From assembly GCA_043801595.1 (NCBI GenBank), contig JAZDLW010000022.1, positions 1 to 64,000 of the forward strand: DNA of 64,000 nt, written 5' to 3'. Of the stretch, positions 19,569 to 29,331 are shown in pieces; position 1 is the stretch's first letter, and each line of letters starts with the position of its first letter. Below the pieces are notes generated by a model. The model worked only from the letters and a program-made list of their open reading frames with translations. It searched no databases and was not told the origin of the DNA. The translations under genes were made by a program, and so were the position numbers. The stretch is from Candidatus Aenigmatarchaeota archaeon. Lineage in GTDB: Archaea > Aenigmatarchaeota > Aenigmatarchaeia > JACPZZ01.

Positions 19569-20059
19569 CTTTGCTCCCTCTCCGGCATGTTAAAGGCTTT
19601 TCTTAAATCGTTCAGGGCCATTGTCATCCTTTCCTCATTGCGGCGCAACATTCCAATCCTGTGGTTTTTGTAAAAATAATTCATGTAAAGAAGCAGCATC
19701 AGTTTTACCAAAACATTCGAGTATTCGAATTCGGTTCTCAGCTGGCAGTAAATAATCATTCTCACAGTTCCCTGTTTTGTTTCGGAATGCTGCTTTCCCT
19801 GATAGCGCACGTTAATCATCATGTCCGTGAACCCGTCCTCTTCACGTTTCATTTCGACTTCGGTGAAAAAGGTGCGAACAACATCGGTTATATCCCAGCG
19901 CAGATCTTTTTGCGTCCAGCGCGTACCGCTTATTTCAAAATACTGCCTTAACAGCGAAGTCGCCTGGTTCACCATTTTCCACGGCTCCGCACCAGTGTAA
20001 ACCATTTCAAGTTCCTTGTGAGGTGCAAATAAGTCGTCCGCGATAATCCATTTTCCCAT
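19565..20059 (-). CDS. Hypothetical protein, paralog of 20072-20584
   Basis: Y.GA.P, WD and D.FT motifs shared with its neighbour. Confidence 0.8.
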   Translation of the reverse strand: MGKWIIADDLFAPHKELEMVYTGAEPWKMVNQATSLLRQYFEISGTRWTQKDLRWDITDVVRTFFTEVEMKREEDGFTDMMINVRYQGKQHSETKQGTVRMIIYCQLRTEFEYSNVLVKLMLLLYMNYFYKNHRIGMLRRNEERMTMALNDLRKAFNMPEREQR

Positions 20060-20071
20060 TCAAACCATTCC

Positions 20072-20584
20072 TTACGCAACGCGGAATTCTTCGAACGCTT
20101 TCTTGATCTCTATTTCCATGTTCCTTATCAGCGCCCGGCCTTCGTGCAGATATTTCAGGCGCTGGGTTTTGTAAAATATCGTGTGCCACAACATCCTGAT
20201 CATTTCATAGAAAACGCTTCTTTGCCACAAAGTGTCCTGCGGGTATTCAGTTCGCAGGGTTCCGAATAGCCTTACACGCGCGTTTCCTTCGCCCTTTGTG
20301 CTCTGGCCTATCAATTCGACGGACATCCTAAAATACGTGAACCTGTCAAGAGGCTTGCTGATTTCCCAGAAAACATCGAATTTTTGCGTATCCCCAACAT
20401 TGTCCCATTTGAACGTCCTTTCCTGAACCTGCCCGCGGTCAACGCCGTAGATTAGGGGTATCAACTCTGACAATCGCGGATAGAACCGCTCAGGCTTCGC
20501 TCCTCTGTAGTTAAGAACTAAATAGTACGGGTCAAACCTGATGAACGGATCCTCGATAACTAGTTTTGTCCTTGCAATTACCAT
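20072..20584 (-). CDS. Hypothetical protein, paralog of 19565-20059
   Basis: YRGAKP...FKWD...DRFT...LRTEY versus YTGAEP...LRWD...DGFT...LRTEF. Confidence 0.8.
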   Translation of the reverse strand: MVIARTKLVIEDPFIRFDPYYLVLNYRGAKPERFYPRLSELIPLIYGVDRGQVQERTFKWDNVGDTQKFDVFWEISKPLDRFTYFRMSVELIGQSTKGEGNARVRLFGTLRTEYPQDTLWQRSVFYEMIRMLWHTIFYKTQRLKYLHEGRALIRNMEIEIKKAFEEFRVA

Positions 20585-20634
20585 GCTTCACACTTCACTT
20601 TATTATTTAATCTTCTGCCTTAAAATCTAATTAT

Positions 20635-21195
20635 ATGCCCGAAGAGTCCTTAATAATCAAGTCAATATTGGGTTCTGCAGCAATAATCGCGCTGGTTCTT
20701 TTCTTCCTTACAGGCGGGTTAAAGGGCATTGCCGATGCATTCTCGTTGCTAAGCATAGCGATTGGCCTGTTGATAATCGTTGCGCTGTACCTTGCTGAGA
20801 GCGGAAGTGAGCATGCCATGATCGGAACCACGCTGGCGTCCGTACTGATAATCGGCGGCCTGCTCGTACTGCTCAACTCCGGATTGTTGAGTCTTGGCGT
20901 TATTTTCCTTGTGCTTCTGGCAGTTTTGTTTGTTGCTCCAGGGGTTAAGAATGAGGGAGGCAAGGAATGGGCAATACTGATAGCAACGTTTGTTGTGCTG
21001 TTATTTCTATCAAGTGCGCAGGGGTTATTGCCAAGCATACTCAGGGCGTTTAGCCTTGTAATACTCGCAGCGGGCATTTTAACCATAATCTTCTTTATGA
21101 GAGTAAGGGAAAAGGAAATACAGGGCATAACGTCAGCAGGCCTGATGATCGGGACAGTACTGGTATTGCTTGGCTTGTACCTTGTGTTGTTTTAG
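20635..21195 (+). CDS. Polytopic membrane protein
   Basis: About 7 hydrophobic segments. Confidence 0.8.
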   Translation: MPEESLIIKSILGSAAIIALVLFFLTGGLKGIADAFSLLSIAIGLLIIVALYLAESGSEHAMIGTTLASVLIIGGLLVLLNSGLLSLGVIFLVLLAVLFVAPGVKNEGGKEWAILIATFVVLLFLSSAQGLLPSILRAFSLVILAAGILTIIFFMRVREKEIQGITSAGLMIGTVLVLLGLYLVLF

Positions 21196-21204
21196 GCGTA
21201 AACC

Positions 21205-21390
21205 ATGTTCGAATTAACGTCGTTTGACAGGATATTCCTGAAGGTTTTGGGAACAATATTGATAGTTTTGGGAGCTTTCATGGGCGCTTTCTTCCCGGCA
21301 AGGGATTACGAGCCGAAATTCAGATTCATGGGAATACTTGTGCCCGGCACAATGCTGATCATAGGCCTTTACCTTTGGGCGGCCAGCTAA
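21205..21390 (+). CDS. Small 2-TM membrane protein
   Basis: Two hydrophobic helices joined by an FFPARDYEP loop. Confidence 0.7.
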   Translation: MFELTSFDRIFLKVLGTILIVLGAFMGAFFPARDYEPKFRFMGILVPGTMLIIGLYLWAAS

Positions 21391-21435
21391 ACGATACTTT
21401 TTTACCAGACGGGCATAATAATATTCTAGATAGCA

Positions 21436-21600
21436 ATGGTTTTCGAGAAATTGGCAGGGTTATTGCTCATTGCAACAGGATTCCTTCTGATATTGTACTT
21501 TCCGGATGTAAAGGATCTTGAGGTGCCGGGCTTTAACTGGGTTGCAATCTTTATCGGCCTTTTCCTGCTGGTTGTCGGGATAAGGCTGTTGTTAGGGTGA
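21436..21600 (+). CDS. Small 2-TM membrane protein (54 aa), paralog of 21205-21390
   Basis: Not in ORF track: MVFEKLAGLLLIATGFLLILYFPDVKDLEVPGFNWVAIFIGLFLLVVGIRLLLG. Confidence 0.7.
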   Translation: MVFEKLAGLLLIATGFLLILYFPDVKDLEVPGFNWVAIFIGLFLLVVGIRLLLG

Positions 21601-21606
21601 AACTCC

Positions 21607-23469
21607 ATGGTAAACTTTATAAAAAGATCGAGGCCGACAGGCGAATTCCTGTATGCATTGCCGCCAGACCAGAATGGGACACAATTTGACAGCGTTCCGG
21701 GAGACGAATTGCTGGGAATACTGATAAATCCAACAGGGCCGCTCGGCTTCATATCGCTCCTTTACATAAAGACAATGATACAGATGCCAAAGTTCGGGTA
21801 CGGCGTTTACAAGTACAAGGACAATTTCGAGATCAATCCGACTTACAGGGAATATTACACGGCAACACTTGCGCAGAAGCAGGATCTTGAAACGAAAATA
21901 AAAGCGGGCTTGGAATCCGCGGCCCGTGCAATAAGCGACTATGAACTTCTGGCGCACGACCTCAGGAAATACCAGTCCTATCTGTATCAGTTTAACAAAC
22001 TCGAGGAAGGCAGGGAAAAGCTAAAAGAGGCGAAGACGGAAGAGGACAAGAAAAAATACGCGACACAGATTCTTGAGGCCAATACAACATTGAAAGCAGT
22101 TTTCATAGATCAGGTCGATGTGCACACGGGCGAAGGCGTTGCGCTCAAGCTCATAGTGAGCAGGTGGCCGAACATAATTGTGGATTTCATGAAACTCGAG
22201 GACGATATGAAAACGTCCGAGGATATAGTGAAGAGGCTTGTTCCAAAGATCACTACTGCAGAGGCTGTTGTTCTGGCAACAAAGAATAAACTTTTTGACA
22301 GGTGGAAGGAAACGTTCCTGGACGCGGTCAAGCAGCGATACTTAAACCTGCTGAGCCTGATGAATGCCAGAAAAAAAAGCATCGAACAATACAAGAGATG
22401 GCTGCGGCCCTATGTTGTCCAACATGAATTGCTGAACGAAACGCAGGAGAAAGCCGGCGAAGGCGGTAAAACGCTTACACACAGGTTAAAAATCGGCGCG
22501 CATGCGATGTCGACGCACGATCTCGGGGTTTTTGCCTGGAAGCCCTTTTCACCGGGCGATGTGTTCCGTGCGACTGTTGAGAGAAAAGAAATAGAAATTT
22601 CACTGAAATATCTTGGAAAAAAACCGGAGGAAGAGGCGGAGGATAAAGCCATACTCGCCAAGTACTTGGGCCAGTATAACATAGGTTATGACAAGATCAA
22701 AGGCGGAAAATTCACCATAACGTTCTGGATAAATCCCTACGATAAAGTCGCGAAAGAGGCGCTGTACTCGACAAATCCGAAGAAAGATTATATAAACAGC
22801 AAGTCGTTGATCGAGGAGTATCCGTGGCTAAAACCGAAGGAGATTGAGGGGCAGGTACTAAAAGTTTTGATGGATTCAGAAATGCAACCGAAGACATACC
22901 AGAACACGCTTGTGATGCATCCCGATTATATTTATTACATACTCTGGGACCTCACGTTCAACAGGCAGATAATAAGCATACCGCAAGGCACAGTAGATGA
23001 CGGATTCATATTTATAAAAATCGCGTTCATAAGCCAGAATGTCCTGTTGACGAAATTGCTCGAGAGGTGGGCGTACGAGCAAAGTTTTGACCGCAATGTC
23101 GAGGAGATTTTAGGATTGACGGCAATAGAGGAAGTCGAGAAAATCGATGTTGGAACAACCGGCAACATGGAAGAATATGCCAAAAACAGATACAAGTCGG
23201 TTTACGCCGAGAAAAAAGGGAAAGAGGACAAGAAGCCGGTCTCGCTGATGGAATCGATCGTGCACAAAATAAACGAGATGAACAACCGGTTGAGCGTCAT
23301 TAACATGATGACAGGACCATTCGGTATAACGTTCCAATTGTTCAAGAAAGGACCTTATGAAACAAACCTCAAAGACAGGATAACAAGGCAATATTCAAAG
23401 GCGTTTGCGGAAACATATCGTGCAGAGTTTATCGACTGGTTCGAGGACGCGGCAAGAATAGGCGACTGA
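21607..23469 (+). CDS. Large hypothetical, mostly helical protein (620 aa)
   Basis: Long ORF in an operon-like arrangement; no recognised motif. Confidence 0.85.
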   Translation: MVNFIKRSRPTGEFLYALPPDQNGTQFDSVPGDELLGILINPTGPLGFISLLYIKTMIQMPKFGYGVYKYKDNFEINPTYREYYTATLAQKQDLETKIKAGLESAARAISDYELLAHDLRKYQSYLYQFNKLEEGREKLKEAKTEEDKKKYATQILEANTTLKAVFIDQVDVHTGEGVALKLIVSRWPNIIVDFMKLEDDMKTSEDIVKRLVPKITTAEAVVLATKNKLFDRWKETFLDAVKQRYLNLLSLMNARKKSIEQYKRWLRPYVVQHELLNETQEKAGEGGKTLTHRLKIGAHAMSTHDLGVFAWKPFSPGDVFRATVERKEIEISLKYLGKKPEEEAEDKAILAKYLGQYNIGYDKIKGGKFTITFWINPYDKVAKEALYSTNPKKDYINSKSLIEEYPWLKPKEIEGQVLKVLMDSEMQPKTYQNTLVMHPDYIYYILWDLTFNRQIISIPQGTVDDGFIFIKIAFISQNVLLTKLLERWAYEQSFDRNVEEILGLTAIEEVEKIDVGTTGNMEEYAKNRYKSVYAEKKGKEDKKPVSLMESIVHKINEMNNRLSVINMMTGPFGITFQLFKKGPYETNLKDRITRQYSKAFAETYRAEFIDWFEDAARIGD

Positions 23470-23483
23470 TCCTTTTCTTTTAA

Positions 23484-23531
23484 CACAGAAAACAACTGTT
23501 TTCTGTGCGCGGAAATCAAAGATTTCCGCTG
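23484..23531 (-). repeat. Double-hairpin element, inverted orientation
   Basis: CACAGAAAAC..GTTTTCTGTGCGCGGAAATC..GATTTCCGCTG within CTTTTCTTTT/AAAAGAAAAG arms. Confidence 0.85.
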
Positions 23532-23572
23532 AAAAGAAAAGCGTCAACGGAAAAGAAAATTTGGGCGGTAAA

Positions 23573-25576
23573 ATGGTTTACACAATAGGCGTTTCCAGCG
23601 GCTGGTGGGGCATTGCCAAGACGCCGGACCTTCTTGGACTGGGATTAAAGGCGATGTCCGCCGCAACTTACGGCGTCACGTTTGTACAACTTGATATCGA
23701 ATCGCCGTCAGAATTCCGCGAGCCGTTGCTTCAGCAGCAACTTACGATCGCGCGCGAAGATCTCGGGATAAACTATGGCATACACGGCGAAATAGACATG
23801 CGCCTGGAAAATTCTATAAAGGATTTCTGGGACATTTTTAACGAGAGATTGATCGATCAGATAGAAGGCGCGGTTGAGACGAAAACGGCGTACATGCATT
23901 TTCACGCGTCGTCCGAACCTCCGCCAACATTCGGATCGGCAATGATAGGGACAAGGTTTTACAGGCTGGTCGGGCCTGACGGGGCCACGCTTTACAATGC
24001 GTTGAATTATTTTGAGCAGGACAAAAGCGGAAAATTCTTTTCCAAAAAATATCCGCACCTAACCCATGTGCAAATCGATATTATCAGGAATATCATTCTA
24101 GAAAACTACCTTTCCGGAGGCGGACCCGAAGCTTCGGACCCGAAACACCGCCAGTTTCTAGACGGATTGAATGAATACGAAACATCGGCAGCTATTATCG
24201 CGCTAGGCGATGTGCGGGAAAATATATCAAAGAAAATGGCGGGCATAATGAAGCCCGAACTGGAAAATATGGCGAGGGCGCGAGGAGTGCCGGTTACTGT
24301 GCCTACGCGAGATGGGGGAGCCAGACAGATTACCATAGCGGAGTACATTGACTGGCTTAACAGTGAAACAAGCGCGGGCAGGAATGACATCAACGGTATT
24401 TTAAACGCCTTAACCAGTTATCTGAATTTAAGAGGCGCGTCACTCGAAGATTATGTTAAGACGGCGAGAGAAAAAGCACGACGGTCGCTGTACAAATATG
24501 TAGAGGATTTTCTTAAAAGCGAGATAAAGGAAAAATACGTTCCATTCTTCGGCTTTGATGAGCGACTTGCGTATGAACTCGTTGGCAGGCTATTGCAGGG
24601 CTCTCCGCAATGGAAAAAAATATGTTACACGCCTTATGTGCGGGAGCAATTGAGAATACAATTCATACAGGAAAATACCGGGAAGCAGTTCAATGACGAC
24701 GCGGACATTACCATTGAAAATCTTTTAAGGAGCAATGACCGCCGAGTTCAAGCGTTAGTTTCCACGGTCGTAGCGATGGAGTACATCAACGGACATTTCG
24801 AATCTCCGATGCAATACAGGGATCCCAATACAGGGAAGTTCACACTGTTAAAAAGCAAAAACGGCGACCGCGTCAAGGATTATATCAAGGACAATAACAT
24901 TATCGTAACGTTCGAGACGCCGCAGGTAGAACCTAAACAGGAAGGACTGTTGCGTATAGTGCGCTCGGAACACATTTACCAGCTTGTGAAAAAAATACGG
25001 GCGTACAGGGGCGATGAAGATTATCTTTCAAAGAACGTTTTTATTTCGCTTGACTTCGAGCACATACTCACGCACAACCTTAGCATAGACCTTGAGATCG
25101 ATGATTTACCGCTGGACGGCGGAGCTTATTGCAAAGTCATCCATGTTGGACAACCTAAACCAATACATCCTGCGCACGCGCCGCTGATTGTCGGGTCCGA
25201 AGCGCAGGAACTTATCTATAGATATCTTTTCAAGCTTCGCAAAAAGGGATTCAAGGACGGCTGGATAATTTTTGAGCGCGGCGGCGGGCAGAGCCCGCTC
25301 GAATGGATGCGGTCGAGCGTTCATGCCATGAGGTTAATAGTCGAATATCTTGAAAAAGAAATGGACCCTGACAAACTTCCGCCGGAATTTTACGGCATAT
25401 CACCGGATTCCGAGTTTTCGGAACAGAGACAGGCCGCAATAATACAGGAACATTTCTTTGCGCCGTTAAACGGCACACTGGCAGTTCCTGATGAAGAACA
25501 TACTTTCCTGGGACGAGTTGCGACGGAAAGGCCGGGCATTGCGCCTGAAAAATGGAAGAAGGAAGAATTGAGGTAG
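23573..25576 (+). CDS. Xylose isomerase/AP endonuclease 2-like metal-dependent TIM barrel with a large insertion
   Basis: GIHG, HFHAS, TFETP, LDFEH, IHVG..HPAH, IFERG metal-ligand motifs; long helical insert between strands. Confidence 0.75.
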   Translation: MVYTIGVSSGWWGIAKTPDLLGLGLKAMSAATYGVTFVQLDIESPSEFREPLLQQQLTIAREDLGINYGIHGEIDMRLENSIKDFWDIFNERLIDQIEGAVETKTAYMHFHASSEPPPTFGSAMIGTRFYRLVGPDGATLYNALNYFEQDKSGKFFSKKYPHLTHVQIDIIRNIILENYLSGGGPEASDPKHRQFLDGLNEYETSAAIIALGDVRENISKKMAGIMKPELENMARARGVPVTVPTRDGGARQITIAEYIDWLNSETSAGRNDINGILNALTSYLNLRGASLEDYVKTAREKARRSLYKYVEDFLKSEIKEKYVPFFGFDERLAYELVGRLLQGSPQWKKICYTPYVREQLRIQFIQENTGKQFNDDADITIENLLRSNDRRVQALVSTVVAMEYINGHFESPMQYRDPNTGKFTLLKSKNGDRVKDYIKDNNIIVTFETPQVEPKQEGLLRIVRSEHIYQLVKKIRAYRGDEDYLSKNVFISLDFEHILTHNLSIDLEIDDLPLDGGAYCKVIHVGQPKPIHPAHAPLIVGSEAQELIYRYLFKLRKKGFKDGWIIFERGGGQSPLEWMRSSVHAMRLIVEYLEKEMDPDKLPPEFYGISPDSEFSEQRQAAIIQEHFFAPLNGTLAVPDEEHTFLGRVATERPGIAPEKWKKEELR

Positions 25577-25632
25577 GCTTTATATAGCTATTTCTCTTAG
25601 AGAACGCAGAAGCCATTATAATGTTTGACAAT

Positions 25633-25709
25633 AAACTTCTTAAAACAACGGAAACCGTGGGTTTCCGTGCACAGGAAACGTGACGTTTCCTGTGAGAAGT
25701 TTAATCAAG
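25633..25709 (+). repeat. Double-hairpin element (25646-25694) within an AAACTTCT/AGAAGTTT-AATCAAG hairpin
   Basis: CAACGGAAACC..GGTTTCCGTGCACAGGAAACG..CGTTTCCTGTG. Confidence 0.9.
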
Positions 25710-25748
25710 AAACAAGGATAATTAATATTTTGGAAGAGTGCTGCAATT

Positions 25749-26543
25749 ATGGAAACAAATAAATCCGGAGAAAAAAAAGATTATGAGCCGAAGGCTCGCG
25801 TTTCGAAGGCAATGAAGTTCTCCAAGATCATACGCGAACAGTTTCCCGACTTTGTAAAAGGCGTTCTTTTGTTCGGGTCGGCTGCCAAAGGCGTGAAAAA
25901 AGCGGGTGATGTCGATGTTCTCATAATACTCGACGATACCGATCCCAAGATATTTCCCGAACAAATTGACAAGGTTGACGAAAACATACGACTGATCGCG
26001 GACAGTATTGGGGACCTTCATCCGCAGGTTCACACGATCACGGATTTCTGGGACTGGATACGGCACGGAGACCCGATACTATTCAACTTTTTACGGTACG
26101 GATATCCGATATTCGATGCAGGCTTCCTAAAACCGACACAGCGCCTGTTGGAAGCGGGAAGGATAACGCCGTCGCAGGAGGCCATACGGCTCTACTCAAA
26201 AATCGCGCCTAAAAATCTTGAGAAGGCGGAGAGCTACATACGCGCAGCAGTGATAAGATATTACGATGCGATGACAGCCGCTGCGCAGGCGGTTTCGATG
26301 CTCGCTTTTAAACACCAACCCGAGCCACGCGAGATACCTTCGGTGCTGGACAGGCTTGTAAAGGAAGGAAAGCTCGACAAGAAATTCGTGGACTATTATA
26401 TTTCCGTTTTCAAACTGTGGAAGCAGATAGATCACAAGGAGATAACGGACATACCCGGCAATGTTATCGAGAAGCAGAGAAAAGAGACGAATGAGTTTGT
26501 AGATATGATGAAGACGTTCCTTAAGGGCTATGCGGAAGAGTGA
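25749..26543 (+). CDS. Minimal nucleotidyltransferase (Pol-beta family) plus HEPN fusion, short form
   Basis: LFGSAAKG..DVDVLIILDD; HEPN-like YYDAMTAAAQA...LWKQIDH. Confidence 0.88.
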   Translation: METNKSGEKKDYEPKARVSKAMKFSKIIREQFPDFVKGVLLFGSAAKGVKKAGDVDVLIILDDTDPKIFPEQIDKVDENIRLIADSIGDLHPQVHTITDFWDWIRHGDPILFNFLRYGYPIFDAGFLKPTQRLLEAGRITPSQEAIRLYSKIAPKNLEKAESYIRAAVIRYYDAMTAAAQAVSMLAFKHQPEPREIPSVLDRLVKEGKLDKKFVDYYISVFKLWKQIDHKEITDIPGNVIEKQRKETNEFVDMMKTFLKGYAEE

Positions 26544-27669
26544 CATGAAAATTAAAAGCGTGCCAAAACGAAAATCGATCAAAGACATAGCGCGAAAGCG
26601 AAGAGCGGACATGGTTAAGGCCCTTACGCAGAAGATACTCAACAAATTCGGAAAATACGTGAAGTGCGTTGTCCTTGTCGGATCCGTAGCGCGCGACGAA
26701 TTCAAGAGTAATTCCGATATAGACATGTTTATCGTTATCGACGACACGAAAGTCAATTTCACGCCCGAGGAAAAAAGAAGGATAGACGTCGAGATCGACC
26801 TGGCGGCCCAAGAGATCAACAAAGATATCATTGTGCAACCTGCTTATACGCTGACTGAATTCTGGGACATGGTACGAACATCGCACCCGCTGATATACAA
26901 TTTTATCAGGGACGGTATTCCAGTTTACGACACGGGTTTTTTCATGCCCATAAAACGCCTGCTTGAAATGGGTCGCATACCTGCGACCAAAGAAGCCGCG
27001 GACGCGCTTTTGGACAAGGCGCCGAAGCGATTGCGCAGGATATCCGAGGTAAAATTGTACATGGTCGCGGAAGACTGCTACTATGCAATGGTTGATATAA
27101 CCCAGGCCGTTTTAATGTCGCTGGGTTTTGCGCCCCCTTCACCGGGAAAAGCGGCCGATGAATTCCGAAGACACCTCGTAGACACGAAAATAGTCGAAGG
27201 AAAATACGCGGATTGGCTGGATGCGATAAACGAGTTCCGCAAGGATGTGGAGCATAAAAAAATAAACGAGATAACTGGATCCGAACTAGACGAGTGGATG
27301 AAAAAAGCCAACGAATTCGTTGAAAAGATGCTGCAGGTTTCCGGAGGATTGGAGTTAAAGAAAAAGGAAAGGATAGTCGAGAAAAGCTATGACGTGATGA
27401 CAAAGGCGATTGTTGCCGCGTTAAAATCGGTAAATAAGCTGCCAAACGAGCAGGCTGAAATTCCGAGCGCTTTCAAGAAATACCTGGTGGACGAGGGGCT
27501 TGTCGAAAAGCATTATATCGATATATTCAACCGCCTTGAAGAGATGAGAAACAAAGTGCACGACGGAAGGATAACGGAGATACCGGACAAGGACATATAT
27601 TCGCACAGGGAATATGTCAGGAAGTTTATCCATCACATCGGCAAGATAGTAAAGGAAGACGAACAATAA
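26530..27669 (+). CDS. Minimal nucleotidyltransferase plus HEPN plus partial second HEPN, long form
   Basis: LVGSVARD..SDIDMFIVIDD; CYYAMV...FRKDVEH (Rx4H); C-terminal repeat ...MRNKVHD. Confidence 0.9.
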   Translation: MRKSDMKIKSVPKRKSIKDIARKRRADMVKALTQKILNKFGKYVKCVVLVGSVARDEFKSNSDIDMFIVIDDTKVNFTPEEKRRIDVEIDLAAQEINKDIIVQPAYTLTEFWDMVRTSHPLIYNFIRDGIPVYDTGFFMPIKRLLEMGRIPATKEAADALLDKAPKRLRRISEVKLYMVAEDCYYAMVDITQAVLMSLGFAPPSPGKAADEFRRHLVDTKIVEGKYADWLDAINEFRKDVEHKKINEITGSELDEWMKKANEFVEKMLQVSGGLELKKKERIVEKSYDVMTKAIVAALKSVNKLPNEQAEIPSAFKKYLVDEGLVEKHYIDIFNRLEEMRNKVHDGRITEIPDKDIYSHREYVRKFIHHIGKIVKEDEQ

Positions 27670-27688
27670 ATTTCCGGATTTTATTTTT

Positions 27689-28246
27689 ATGAGCCAGAAC
27701 ATTGTAGCGAAAACCAGGGAATTCGTAAAGAATGCGTTTGTAGATAATCCGAGCTACAGCTTTGGTGACTGGTCCGTGATGTACGAACACAGCATACTTG
27801 TGCAGCAAATCGCGCTATTGATTTCTTCCACTGTTAATGCTGACAAATTCGTAATTTCCGTCGCAAGCCTTCTTCACGACATAGGAAAGACGCACGACGC
27901 CGACGAAAAAACGCTGCACGCGGAACATGAAAAATTTAATCTGGCTATGTGCGAAAAATTCCTCGACGGACTTGATATGAGCGAAGGTAATAGAATCAAA
28001 ATAAAGCGCATAATTTCTTTTGAAGAAGTTTCGGTTGAAACAAAGATAATCAAGGACGCAGATGCGCTTGCGTTTTACGCCGATAAAAGACTGCACACGC
28101 TTTTTTTAGAATGGGCAACCAAGAACGGCTACGACGCGGATATAGAAAAGAAACTGGACAAATTCTCTAAATTGAATTTCGACATAAGCAAAACCACGGG
28201 AAAAGCGTGGTTCGAACAGATTAAGCGTGACTGGAAGAGAGCATGA
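27689..28246 (+). CDS. HD-domain phosphohydrolase
   Basis: H...LLHDIGK...H...DAD. Confidence 0.88.
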   Translation: MSQNIVAKTREFVKNAFVDNPSYSFGDWSVMYEHSILVQQIALLISSTVNADKFVISVASLLHDIGKTHDADEKTLHAEHEKFNLAMCEKFLDGLDMSEGNRIKIKRIISFEEVSVETKIIKDADALAFYADKRLHTLFLEWATKNGYDADIEKKLDKFSKLNFDISKTTGKAWFEQIKRDWKRA

Positions 28247-29331
28247 AGACGATAAAGGAAGGATTAGTCATGCTGCACATACCCGACAGCGCAAATGACG
28301 TTTTTTATAATCCGGAGATGGAGATGTCGCGAGACATATCGGTGGCGTTTTTGCAAAGCATCGAAGATAAAAAAATGTCCGTTTGCGACCTGTTGTCCGC
28401 AACCGGCGCAAGGGCTGTGCGGTATGCGAAAGAAGTCGATTCTGTTGAAAGGGTGTTAGCAAACGACGGCAACGAGGTCGCGGAAAAATATATTTCCGAG
28501 AACGCCTCGATTAACAATGTCGGCAAAAAGGTTTTTGCATCGTGCAGCGGCGCAAACACTTTTCTCGCGTCCCACAAAAACGAATTCGATTTCATCGACA
28601 TAGACCCGTTCGGTTCTCCAGTCTATTATCTCGAAGAATTTTCGCGAACTGTCAAGCCGAACTCGTACGCGGCGATAACCGCGACAGACTGCGGCGCGCT
28701 TTCCGGCGTTTTCGCTGATACATGCTTTCGTCGTTATGGCGTCAAACTTGGAAGAACAGAATGCTTCAAGGAAGTCGGAATCAGAAATTTACTGGGCGTA
28801 GTAGCGTCGTCACTGGCGTCGCGAGGGTTTTCCATAAAACCCCTGTTGTCGCATGTTACGCTGCATTATTTCAGGATCATACTGGAAATAAACGGTGGTA
28901 TACGGAATGAAACGAAACGATTTTACCACTGCGATAAATGCGGATACTGTACATTTGAAAAAGCGGATAAATGCGGGCACAAACCCGATGAACTGGGTCC
29001 GATATGGGCAGGAAAACTTCACGACAAAAGCGCGTGTTTCAGGATATTGGATAAACTTAACAGCGGAACATTCGGCAGGAAAACGGACGCGAAAAGAGTT
29101 TTGCTGTCAATAATCGAGGAGGCGGACTATCCGTTTTATTACGACGTGCACGATATGTCGGAACGGTTTTCAACCGATACGCCGTCAATGGACGGCATAA
29201 TGCGCAAATTAAGATCGCGCGGTTTCACAGTCACACGCACGCACTTTTCGGACAGCGCGATAAAAACGAATGCAAATATATCGGATGTCAACGGTTTATT
29301 CGGAACGGGAGTAGACAACAAACACGGATGA
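28243..29331 (+). CDS. trm1: tRNA (guanine26-N2)-dimethyltransferase
   Basis: VFYNPEMEMSRD, DLLSATGARAVRY, IDIDPFGSP, TATD, GPIWAG. Confidence 0.95.
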   Translation: MKTIKEGLVMLHIPDSANDVFYNPEMEMSRDISVAFLQSIEDKKMSVCDLLSATGARAVRYAKEVDSVERVLANDGNEVAEKYISENASINNVGKKVFASCSGANTFLASHKNEFDFIDIDPFGSPVYYLEEFSRTVKPNSYAAITATDCGALSGVFADTCFRRYGVKLGRTECFKEVGIRNLLGVVASSLASRGFSIKPLLSHVTLHYFRIILEINGGIRNETKRFYHCDKCGYCTFEKADKCGHKPDELGPIWAGKLHDKSACFRILDKLNSGTFGRKTDAKRVLLSIIEEADYPFYYDVHDMSERFSTDTPSMDGIMRKLRSRGFTVTRTHFSDSAIKTNANISDVNGLFGTGVDNKHG

